37,496 nt of DNA from Deltaproteobacteria bacterium (GTDB taxonomy: Bacteria; SAR324; NAC60-12), in the NCBI GenBank assembly GCA_038150265.1, contig JAYOTF010000012.1, positions 45,254 through 82,749 on the forward strand, given 5' to 3'. The stretch's first letter is position 1. Every line of letters begins with the position of its first letter. Position numbers and translations under genes: made by a program. The notes beneath the pieces were generated by a model that had not been told where the DNA came from, did not search any database, and saw only the letters and a list, made by a program, of their open reading frames with translations. Positions 27,616 to 35,724 of this stretch are shown here, in pieces.

Positions 27616-28392
27616 TTAGGTGTGGGTCAGGTCCTGAATCATCCGGAAGCTCCCGGCGGTCAGGCCACCATCAACGGCCAGGACGGCGCCGGTGACAAAG
27701 CTGGCATCTGACGACGCGAGGAAGGCAATGGCCGCAGCCACCTCTTCTGGCTGCCCGATCCGCCCCAGCGGGTACCACGCCACCAGCTTCTCAAAGTGCT
27801 CCGGATGGGCTTCGTACCGGTAGCGATGAACCGGGGTCTCAATGGTTCCGGGCAACACCGCATTGCAGCGAATGCCCTGCGGACCGTAAGAGGTGGCCAC
27901 GTTTTGGGTCAGGGAAAGCAGCCCCGCCTTGGCCGCGCTGTACGCCGGATTGCCCAACCCCACCACGGCATTGACCGAAGAGACATTGACGATGGCGCCT
28001 CCTTCCGGAAGCACCGACACGGCGCGGGTGATCAGGTCAAACTGAGCGTTGAGGTTCAGCTCCAGGTCCTCACGCCAACGGGTCGCATCCAGCTGCCCAA
28101 AGGTATCGTACCGCGAGCCCCCGGCGTTGTTGATCAGCCCATCCAGGCCTCCGAGGTGCTGCAGCGTTTGCTCCCACGCCTGCTGCTGACGGTCCGGGTT
28201 GCGCAGGTCGGCTTCCACAAAATGAACCGAGCCCGCTGCCGACAGCTCTTTTGCAGCCTTGTCACCGGTTACAGCATCAACGTCCCAGAACACCACGGTT
28301 GCCTGCTCCTGAAGCAACCGGCGGCAGGTGGCCTTGCCGATTCCGGACGCGCCACCGGTAACAAGCAGGCGTTTGTTGGCAAAGCGTTCCAT
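27616..28392 (-). CDS. Short-chain dehydrogenase/reductase
   Basis: TGGASGIG, NNAG, NVSS, YSAAK, PGTIET, FVTG..L.VDGG. The ATG at 28392 overlaps the upstream stop. Confidence 0.92.
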   Translation of the reverse strand: MERFANKRLLVTGGASGIGKATCRRLLQEQATVVFWDVDAVTGDKAAKELSAAGSVHFVEADLRNPDRQQQAWEQTLQHLGGLDGLINNAGGSRYDTFGQLDATRWREDLELNLNAQFDLITRAVSVLPEGGAIVNVSSVNAVVGLGNPAYSAAKAGLLSLTQNVATSYGPQGIRCNAVLPGTIETPVHRYRYEAHPEHFEKLVAWYPLGRIGQPEEVAAAIAFLASSDASFVTGAVLAVDGGLTAGSFRMIQDLTHT

Positions 28393-29570
28393 CAGGCGTC
28401 CTCCTCCAAAAGGGTGAAGGCCTCCCGGACCCACTCCAGTTGCACCTCCCGGAGGAAGCCGTAGTTGTAGAAGGCGATTCCATCTGGCTGGTACGCTCGC
28501 AACCCAGCGACCGCCTGCAGCACGGCCTCGCGACTCGGCAGGTCCGGATGCGCCGGACGCAGCACAAACCGGAGGCTGGCCTCAGGGCCCAGGCGATGGC
28601 GCACGTCTTCGGCATCCTGCAGCACTTCGGTGACACCGGGCTGGTAGGTGCAGGAGTCCAGGCCATCTGTGTGGGTCCGGACGCCCAGGAGGTCGGTGCC
28701 TTCGTACCAGCAGCCGGCGGTCGGACGCTGCACCGTCGGAATGACCCGCAGCGCCACCTCGCGAGGAAGGGCTTCCCGGATGCGCTGCAGCAGTTCGTTG
28801 ACCACCCGGCACCGCATCTTCAGAAACGCCTGGAGCTCCGGATGCGCCAGGAGGTCCGCCAGGAGCCAATGCTGCGCCAGTGTCGAACTCGGAACCACCG
28901 GATTCGTGAAGAACCGCTCCAGCTCCTGCTGAACCCAACGCTGCAACGCGTCCACATCAATGCCGTCTTGGCGCGCTTCCCGCTGAGAGGCTTCGGAAAA
29001 ACAGAGCCCGAGGAGGAACTCCGTCCTCGGGTCCATCGTTGTGAGGGCAAATTCATGGTGGTACCCATGCGCAGAGGGGAGCCACCCCGGCGTCTCCAGC
29101 GTCAGGGTGGACACGGCTTCATGACGGGCCAGGTCCTCGCAGAGGTGGACCGCATAATCCTGAACCTCCGGATGAGCGGGGCAGAGGCTATACAGGTACG
29201 GATCGCCCCAGGCGTTCCGGGCACAGTGCTCCGGATGCAGCGTCCCCAGCCGGGAGTTGTGCAGCAGCACCGTCCACGCCTCCAGACGCAGGGAGGAGTT
29301 CCAGTGCTGAAACAGGTTCAGCTCCGGGACCTGAGAGTTCCGCGCCGGCTTCAGGGCTCCGTACCGCGACTGATCCGGATCGAAGTAGACCGTGCCATCT
29401 TCCGGGAAGTACACCTTGTTCCGGGTGGCTCGGGGGCGGAGGAACTTTCCGGCGTGGTAGCTTGCAGCCACAGCCACCGAAGTGGCCCCCAGGGCTTCCA
29501 TGCGGGCCTGCGTTTGCTGCGGCCCTTCTTCCTGAAAGTCCCAGGCATAGGCAAACAGGGTTTTGTCCAT
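28392..29570 (-). CDS. Conserved hypothetical protein, probable glycoside-hydrolase-like TIM barrel
   Basis: Full-length ORF translationally coupled on both sides. Motifs FAYAWD, AASYHAGKFLRP, AWTVLLHN, LCPAHPEVQDY, LETPG, HGYHHE and GIAFYNYG. The fold assignment is an inference. Confidence 0.65.
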   Translation of the reverse strand: MDKTLFAYAWDFQEEGPQQTQARMEALGATSVAVAASYHAGKFLRPRATRNKVYFPEDGTVYFDPDQSRYGALKPARNSQVPELNLFQHWNSSLRLEAWTVLLHNSRLGTLHPEHCARNAWGDPYLYSLCPAHPEVQDYAVHLCEDLARHEAVSTLTLETPGWLPSAHGYHHEFALTTMDPRTEFLLGLCFSEASQREARQDGIDVDALQRWVQQELERFFTNPVVPSSTLAQHWLLADLLAHPELQAFLKMRCRVVNELLQRIREALPREVALRVIPTVQRPTAGCWYEGTDLLGVRTHTDGLDSCTYQPGVTEVLQDAEDVRHRLGPEASLRFVLRPAHPDLPSREAVLQAVAGLRAYQPDGIAFYNYGFLREVQLEWVREAFTLLEEDA

Positions 29571-30715
29571 CAGGGCTCCTCCGGCCAGGGCGTTCCGGCA
29601 AGGAAGATCTGCTGCAGCGTCAGTCGCTGAGAGCCCGTCATTTCCTGCCCCTTCACGTCTTGATACACAAACCGTCCCTCTTCCAGCGCCAGCAGGGCCA
29701 CATCGGCGTGGGCGCCTTCCTGAAGTGTTCCCAGATCCGGACGTCGCAGCACGGAAGCTGGCGTTGCGGTCACCCGACGGAGCGCCTCCAGAAGCGGCAG
29801 CCCCATGCAGAGAAACTTTGACACCGTGACCAGGACATCAAACGCCGGGCCGTTGACGCTGAGCACATGGGCGTCGCTGCTGACGGTATCAGGAGCAAAT
29901 CCATCGGCCAGCATCTGCTGGGCGACCTCAAACGAGAGCGCGCCCATGCCGTGTCCCACGTCAAACAGCACCCCGCGTTCCCGAGCCTTCCGGACCGAAT
30001 CGCGCGCCGTTCCCTGAGGACTGACGAGGGAGTTCGGAAAGGGGCGGAAGCAGTGCGTCAGCAGGTCTCCCGGACGCAGCAGCTCCAGGATTTCCTCGCG
30101 GCCGGGAGGTGGGAAGTCGATGTGGGTCATCACGGGCAGGCCGAGTTCTTCCGCCACCTCCAGGGCCACCAACAGCGGCGCCAGGCCGGCGTTTCCCCCA
30201 GCGTTGCGCCCAACCCGGACCTTGATGCCCACGATGCTCTCGGGGAACTTCCGGGCCACCTCCACGCACTCCTCCGCATTGAGCAGGCGCAGGTCCTCGC
30301 ACTCGGGGGCCATGACCCGCTCGCTGAAGCCGAAGATGCCGGCAAAGGAGACGTTCAGGAAGGCAAAGAAGCGCAGGGGCGAGGCATCGGCAATGAAGCG
30401 CTGGAACCCCGCGTAATTGCCGGGCCCGGCACTTCCCGCGTCCACAAACGTGGTGGTGCCACTCCGGCGGGCAATCGGCTCGGCTTCCACCCCCAGAGAC
30501 GTTCCGCCCCAGTAGACATGGGTGTGCAGGTCAATCAGTCCCGGAACCACCAGCTTTCCCGTGGCGTCCCAAACGGCTTCAGCCTCGGATGCCGGTAGCT
30601 CCGGAGCCACCGCCACCACCCGGCCTCCGGCAATGCCCACATCCCGGTTCGCGTCCAAATCTGCCGCCGGATCCACCAGGCGGCCCCCCTTGATGAGCCA
30701 CTCAAAACGCTTCAC
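29570..30715 (-). CDS. Amidohydrolase/deacetylase family metallohydrolase (dihydroorotase-like, EF_0837/Atu3266 type)
   Basis: PGLIDLHTHVY, GTTTFVDAGSAG, GIKVR, HIDFPP, THCF, FDVGHG, SSDAH. GTG at 30715 with an AAAGGGGG RBS; alternative ATG at 30745. Confidence 0.88.
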   Translation of the reverse strand: MKRFEWLIKGGRLVDPAADLDANRDVGIAGGRVVAVAPELPASEAEAVWDATGKLVVPGLIDLHTHVYWGGTSLGVEAEPIARRSGTTTFVDAGSAGPGNYAGFQRFIADASPLRFFAFLNVSFAGIFGFSERVMAPECEDLRLLNAEECVEVARKFPESIVGIKVRVGRNAGGNAGLAPLLVALEVAEELGLPVMTHIDFPPPGREEILELLRPGDLLTHCFRPFPNSLVSPQGTARDSVRKARERGVLFDVGHGMGALSFEVAQQMLADGFAPDTVSSDAHVLSVNGPAFDVLVTVSKFLCMGLPLLEALRRVTATPASVLRRPDLGTLQEGAHADVALLALEEGRFVYQDVKGQEMTGSQRLTLQQIFLAGTPWPEEP

Positions 30716-30766
30716 AGCCCCCTTTCTTCCTTGTCTCAAACTCATGGTTCGTTTCTCAGGACGATG

Positions 30767-30795
30767 ATGTTATCGTTATCATCAAGGGAAATCAA
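30767..30795 (-). promoter_or_regulatory. Candidate sigma70 promoter with overlapping LacI-family (GntR/cre-like) operator
   Basis: Minus-strand TTGATT (30795-30790), 17-nt spacer, TAACAT (30772-30767). Pseudo-palindrome ATGTTATCGTTATCAT at 30767-30782. Confidence 0.55.
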
Positions 30796-30975
30796 GGGAG
30801 CAAATAGCGACCGCTGGGGAGGTCCGCGGGGACTCACCGTTTGTTGAGCGTGCCGGAGGTCCGATTCCTGGCGCGTTCAGGAAAATCAGCTTAAATTCAT
30901 TTATCGGAAAATCGGTTTCGCCGGATTCCTCCGGTTCTCTTTTCCTTACTCTCGCAATAAATACTTTAGTAAAAA

Positions 30976-30997
30976 AATTTATACAATTGTAAAAATT
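30976..30997. promoter_or_regulatory. 22-bp near-perfect palindrome, candidate operator
   Basis: AATTTATACAATTGTAAAAATT: one mismatched pair, with a perfect core TACAATTGTA, in the AT-rich divergent intergenic region. Confidence 0.4.
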
Positions 30998-31240
30998 AAA
31001 AATCAGTTGGCATTCCAAGAATTTACCTCAAAGCAGCCGCCCCGCCCCCACTTCTAAAACGAAATCCCGTCCATCCGAGTGACCCGGTTCGCCGGGCTGA
31101 GGCTTCTTCATTCGGAGTCAGCCCCTGGATTCCCCCTTGTATCTATCCGCCTTTCCGGGAGAATCATGAGGGGGAAAATTGGAAAAATCCGGAGGCCGCC
31201 CCACTTACTCGCGCCCGACTCTGGCAAATGTATTTTTTTC

Positions 31241-31269
31241 TTGCAAATGTTTAATTTGTTCTGAACAAT
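31241..31269 (+). promoter_or_regulatory. Candidate promoter and operator of the ABC transporter operon
   Basis: TTGCAA (31241-31246), 17-nt spacer, AACAAT (31264-31269). Inverted repeat TTGTTC-T-GAACAA (31256-31268) overlaps the -10. Confidence 0.5.
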
Positions 31270-31424
31270 AGAGCCGTTCTGCACTCAAACAATGGTTTCT
31301 CATCCACGAGCACGAGAATAGTCTGGTCACTGATCAGAGCCGTTTGGGGAAGCGCGAGGACACGAAAAACAGGGCATTCAAACCGACTGAGTGGCAACTG
31401 AGTCCGGAGGAGAAAGACGGGATA

Positions 31425-32513
31425 ATGACATTGAAGTTGGAGGGAGTCTCAAAGTTGGTGGAGGGGCAGACCCACATCTACGAGACCAGTTTGGAGTTGC
31501 AAAAGGGGACCATGAACGTCCTCTTGGGGCCGACCTCTTCCGGCAAGACCTCGCTCATGCGCCTGATGGCAGGTCTGGACGTCCCCCATTCAGGGAAGAT
31601 CTTCTGGGAAGGCCAAGACGTCACTGGGCAGCGGGTGCAGGACCGCAGGGTCGCGATGGTGTACCAGCAGTTCATCAACTATCCCTCCATGACCGTCTAC
31701 GAAAACATTGCGTCTCCCCTCCGGTTGCTGGGCAAGCGTCCGCAGGAAATTGACGAGGCGGTTCGGAAGACCGCCGACCTGATGAAGCTGACCCCGATGC
31801 TGGACCGCAAACCCCTGGAGCTTTCCGGAGGCCAGCAGCAGCGGTGTGCGCTGGCACGGGCGTTGGTCAAGAACGCGGGGCTGGTGCTCCTGGATGAGCC
31901 GCTGGCGAACCTCGACTACAAGCTCCGGGAAGAGCTGCGCGCCGAGATCCCTCGCATCTTTGAAGAATCCGGATCCATCTTTGTGTACGCGACCACCGAG
32001 CCGGAAGAGGCGCTGCTGCTGGGTGGCAACACGGCCACCCTGTGGGAGGGCCGGGTCACGCAGTTTGGCCTCACGCCGCAGGTGTACCGCAAACCGAATG
32101 ACGCGACCACCGCTCGGGTCTTCTCCGATCCTCCCATGAACTTCATTTCCATTCAAAAATCTGGAAATCAGGTGGCTTTTGGCAGCCGCCAGCACCCGCT
32201 GCCTTCCGGTCCGCTGACTGGCCTGGCCGACGGTTCCTACCTGGCCGGGTTCCGGCCCAACCACCTCAAGCTCCAACCAACGGTGGCAGGAGCCATGGAG
32301 TTTCACACCACGTTGGGGGTGACGGAAATCACGGGCTCGGAAACCTTTGTGCACCTTGATTACGAGGGCAACCGCTGGATTGGGCTGGTTCATGGCATCC
32401 AGCACCTCAAGATTGGTCAGGACCTTTCGGTTTACCTGGATCCGGCGCACGTTTACCTGTTTGCCCCGGACGGTGCCCTGGTGGCTCCGGCCCCTTACGC
32501 GGAGGTGGCATAA
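31425..32513 (+). CDS. glpS: ABC transporter ATP-binding subunit 1 (glycerol uptake GlpS-like)
   Basis: GPTSSGKT, VYQQFINYP, LSGGQQQR, LLDEPLANLDYKLREELR, YATTEP, C-terminal TOBE-like region. ATG at 31425. Confidence 0.85.
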   Translation: MTLKLEGVSKLVEGQTHIYETSLELQKGTMNVLLGPTSSGKTSLMRLMAGLDVPHSGKIFWEGQDVTGQRVQDRRVAMVYQQFINYPSMTVYENIASPLRLLGKRPQEIDEAVRKTADLMKLTPMLDRKPLELSGGQQQRCALARALVKNAGLVLLDEPLANLDYKLREELRAEIPRIFEESGSIFVYATTEPEEALLLGGNTATLWEGRVTQFGLTPQVYRKPNDATTARVFSDPPMNFISIQKSGNQVAFGSRQHPLPSGPLTGLADGSYLAGFRPNHLKLQPTVAGAMEFHTTLGVTEITGSETFVHLDYEGNRWIGLVHGIQHLKIGQDLSVYLDPAHVYLFAPDGALVAPAPYAEVA

Positions 32514-32516
32514 CTC

Positions 32517-33605
32517 ATGGCTAAGATCACCCTCGACAACCTCGCTCACTCCTACCTTCCGAATCCGACGTCGGAAGACGACTTTGCGCTCAAGGACCTG
32601 AACCACGTCTGGGCCGATGGAGAAGCCTATGCGCTGCTGGGTCCGTCCGGATGTGGCAAGTCCACGCTCCTCAACATCATTTCCGGCCTGCTGGTTCCCA
32701 GTCAGGGGCGCATCCTGTTTGATGGAACCGATGTCACCCAGGCGCCCACCGCCGAGCGGAACATCGCCCAGGTGTTTCAGTTTCCCGTGGTGTACGACAC
32801 CATGTCGGTCCGCGACAACCTGGCCTTTCCCCTCCGGAACCGAGGCTCCGACCCCAGCTACATCCGTGAGCGGGTGAATCAGGTGGCCCGGATGATCGGC
32901 ATGGAGGCAGAACTCGATCGCAAGGCCCGGGGCCTGACGGCTGATGCCAAGCAGAAGATTTCGCTGGGACGGGGCATGGTCCGCGAAGACGTGAACGCCC
33001 TCCTCTTTGACGAGCCGCTGACGGTGATTGACCCCCACATGAAGTGGGAGCTCCGGACTCAGCTGAAGTCGCTTCACATTGAGTTTGGGCACACGATGAT
33101 CTACGTCACCCACGACCAGACGGAAGCCCTGACGTTTGCCGACAAGGTGGTGGTCATGTATGACGGGCGGGTCGTCCAGATCGGAACCCCGCAGGAGCTG
33201 TTTGAGCGTCCGGCCCACACGTTTGTGGGCTACTTCATTGGCTCTCCCGGGATGAACCTCTTTGACATGGAGCTTTCTGGCTCACACGCCTATGTGGCAG
33301 GCACCCGCATCGAACTGGGGGCCTCCTACCAGGTGACCGGAGGCAAGCTCCAGTTGGGGGTGCGCCCGGACTACATTCGCCTGACTCAGGATGAAACCGG
33401 AATTCCCGCCAAGCTGATCCGGGTGGAGGACGTCGGCCGTCACAAGATCGTCCGCCTGGAGGTCAATGGACAGGCCGTGAACGCCATTGCAGAGGAGGGC
33501 GAGGAGATTCCAGCCGATGCCCACCGCATCGCCCTGCTTCCGGAAGGCCTCAACGTTTATGCCGATGACTGGCGCCTGGCGCCCGAAGGAGAGTCGAATT
33601 CATGA
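32517..33605 (+). CDS. glpT: ABC transporter ATP-binding subunit 2 (glycerol uptake GlpT-like of the rhizobial glp ABC system, not the MFS GlpT)
   Basis: GPSGCGKST, FQFPVVYDTM, LTADAKQKISLGRG, FDEPLTVIDP, YVTHDQTEA. Confidence 0.85.
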   Translation: MAKITLDNLAHSYLPNPTSEDDFALKDLNHVWADGEAYALLGPSGCGKSTLLNIISGLLVPSQGRILFDGTDVTQAPTAERNIAQVFQFPVVYDTMSVRDNLAFPLRNRGSDPSYIRERVNQVARMIGMEAELDRKARGLTADAKQKISLGRGMVREDVNALLFDEPLTVIDPHMKWELRTQLKSLHIEFGHTMIYVTHDQTEALTFADKVVVMYDGRVVQIGTPQELFERPAHTFVGYFIGSPGMNLFDMELSGSHAYVAGTRIELGASYQVTGGKLQLGVRPDYIRLTQDETGIPAKLIRVEDVGRHKIVRLEVNGQAVNAIAEEGEEIPADAHRIALLPEGLNVYADDWRLAPEGESNS

Positions 33606-34477
33606 ATAAAACCGTCAATCAAAAGGCCTGGTTCCTCGTCCTTCCGGTTCTGATCCTGGTCGCCTTCTCTGCCGTCATTCCCCTCATGACCGTGGTCAAC
33701 TACTCGGTCCAGGACACCTTTGGGAACAACAAGTTCTTCTGGGCGGGGCTGGAGTGGTTTCAGGAGATGCTGGACTCCGAGCGCATGTGGAATGCGCTGG
33801 GGCGGCAATTGGCCTTTTCAGCCATCATCCTGGCTCTGGAGATTCCGCTGGGCATTTATGTGGCCCTGCACATGCCGAAGCGGGGCTTCTGGGCCAGCTT
33901 CTGCCTCGTGGTGATGTCGCTGCCGCTGCTGATTCCATGGAACGTCGTGGGGACCATCTGGCAGATTTTCGGACGTGTGGACATTGGCCTGCTCGGTTAC
34001 ACGCTCAACCAGGCGGGGATTTCGTACAACTACACGCAGGACTTCTTTGCCGCGTGGAGCACGCTGATTGTCATGGACGTCTGGCACTGGACGTCGCTGG
34101 TGGCCCTGCTCGCCTACGCGGGGCTGCAGTCCATTCCGGAAGCCTACTACCAGGCGGCTAAAATCGACCAGGCCTCTCGCTGGAAGGTCTTCCGCTACAT
34201 TGAGCTGCCCAAGATGTCCGGCGTCCTCATGATCGCGATCCTGCTGCGGTTCATGGACAGCTTCATGATCTACACGGAGCCGTTTGTGGTCACGGGAGGC
34301 GGCCCTGGAAACGATACCACCTTCCTTTCGATCGATTTGGTGAAGATGGCGCTGGGGCAGTTTGACCTTGGCCCGGCGGCCGCCTTCTCCATCATGTACT
34401 TCCTGGTCATCCTCCTGATCTCCTGGGTGTTCTACATTGTCATGACGAATCTCGACAAGCGGGAAGCACAGTCATGA
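33602..34477 (+). CDS. glpP: Carbohydrate ABC transporter permease 1 (GlpP-like)
   Basis: NQKAWFLVLPV, DVWHWTSLV, EAA-like YQAAKIDQAS.W.VFRYIELP, RFMDSF. Confidence 0.85.
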   Translation: MNKTVNQKAWFLVLPVLILVAFSAVIPLMTVVNYSVQDTFGNNKFFWAGLEWFQEMLDSERMWNALGRQLAFSAIILALEIPLGIYVALHMPKRGFWASFCLVVMSLPLLIPWNVVGTIWQIFGRVDIGLLGYTLNQAGISYNYTQDFFAAWSTLIVMDVWHWTSLVALLAYAGLQSIPEAYYQAAKIDQASRWKVFRYIELPKMSGVLMIAILLRFMDSFMIYTEPFVVTGGGPGNDTTFLSIDLVKMALGQFDLGPAAAFSIMYFLVILLISWVFYIVMTNLDKREAQS

Positions 34478-34513
34478 TCCTGACCCCTCATCCTTCTGTG
34501 GGAGCCGTTCCTC

Positions 34514-35335
34514 ATGAGTAAACCGTCCGGCAACGCCAGCACCCAGTCACCCCTGGTCATTGCGCTGTACCTGATCTTCCTGATGCTCCCCATCTACTGG
34601 CTCCTCAACATGAGCCTGAAGACCAACACGGAGATCCTCGGCGAGATCACGCTCTGGCCCCAGGACCTGACCTTTGAGAACTACATCACGATTCTGACGG
34701 ATGCGAGTTGGTACATGGGGTACGTCAACTCCCTCATCTACGTGGTCCTGAACACCGTCATCAGCGTGGTCGTGGCCCTTCCGGCGGCTTACGCGTTCTC
34801 GCGGTACAGCTTCCTCGGAGACAAGCACCTCTTCTTCTGGCTGCTGACCAACCGGATGGCGCCTCCGGCCGTCTTTGCGCTCCCGTTCTTTCAGCTTTAT
34901 TCGTCTGTCGGACTCTTTGACACGCACATTGCGGTGGCACTCGCCCACTGCCTCTTCAACATCCCCCTCGCGGTTTGGATTCTGGAAGGCTTCATGCGGG
35001 GGGTGCCCAAGGAAATTGACGAAACGGCCTACATTGACGGCTACAGCTTCGGACGGTTCTTTGGACGGATCTTCATGCCGCTGATTGCTTCCGGAGTGGG
35101 CGTGGTCGCGTTCTTCTGCTTCATGTTTTCCTGGGTGGAGCTGCTGCTCTCCCGGACCCTGACCACGGTAGACGCCAAGCCCATTTCCGCAATCATGACC
35201 CGGACGCAGGGCGCCTCCGGAATCGATTGGGGCGTCTTGGCGGCAGCGGGGATGCTGACCATTGTCCCAGGCGCGCTGGTGATCTACTTCGTTCGCAACT
35301 ACATCGCCAAGGGCTTTGCCCTCGGTCGAGTCTAA
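34514..35335 (+). CDS. glpQ: Carbohydrate ABC transporter permease 2 (GlpQ-like of the rhizobial glp ABC system)
   Basis: LPIYWLLNMSLK, EAA loop IDETAYIDG, FMFSWVELL, YIAKGFALGRV. Confidence 0.85.
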   Translation: MSKPSGNASTQSPLVIALYLIFLMLPIYWLLNMSLKTNTEILGEITLWPQDLTFENYITILTDASWYMGYVNSLIYVVLNTVISVVVALPAAYAFSRYSFLGDKHLFFWLLTNRMAPPAVFALPFFQLYSSVGLFDTHIAVALAHCLFNIPLAVWILEGFMRGVPKEIDETAYIDGYSFGRFFGRIFMPLIASGVGVVAFFCFMFSWVELLLSRTLTTVDAKPISAIMTRTQGASGIDWGVLAAAGMLTIVPGALVIYFVRNYIAKGFALGRV

Positions 35336-35362
35336 GCCCCCCTACGGAAAGGAGCTTCCCTC

Positions 35363-35635
35363 ATGGAATGGATGGCATGGACTGCACCGACTGCGATTTT
35401 TTTCGCCGTCATTGCTTCCCTTCTTGTGACCTTTACCGTGTTGGCCATTAAGTTTCCGGAGACGCCCCGTGTGGGCATCCTCCGCATTGAGACAACCCGT
35501 GGTGACCGCTTATTCATCACCTTGCTGGGGTCCGCCTTCATCAATTTGATCTGGCTGGGCTTCGAGGTTGGTCCGCAGCCTTATGCGCTGCTGGCATGTT
35601 TGGTTTACGCTGGAGCGGTGTTCCGCTGGGTGTGA
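35363..35635 (+). CDS. glpU: Small integral membrane protein DUF2160 (GlpU-like)
   Basis: WMAWTAPTAIFF, RVGILRIETTRGDRLFITLLGSAFI; AAGGAG RBS; lies between the permeases and the binding protein. Confidence 0.82.
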   Translation: MEWMAWTAPTAIFFAVIASLLVTFTVLAIKFPETPRVGILRIETTRGDRLFITLLGSAFINLIWLGFEVGPQPYALLACLVYAGAVFRWV

Positions 35636-35724
35636 GCCAATTTTGAGTCGGGAGCGCGTTGGAGATGTCCTCTGAGCCTCCTTGGTAGCAATCAATTCCT
35701 AATTGAATAGGGAGGAGAGAGTCA

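Noticed and set aside
30763..30783. Fur-box-like GATAAC repeats on the minus strand
   Set aside because: Only about 10 of 19 positions match the Fur consensus; the LacI/GntR-type reading fits better.
34474..34521. 15-codon ORF (MILTPHPSVGAVPHE) starting at an ATGA overlap with glpP and overlapping the glpQ start
   Set aside because: Could be a coupling mini-ORF or a frameshift relic, but glpQ has its own GGAG and ATG at 34514 and appears complete.
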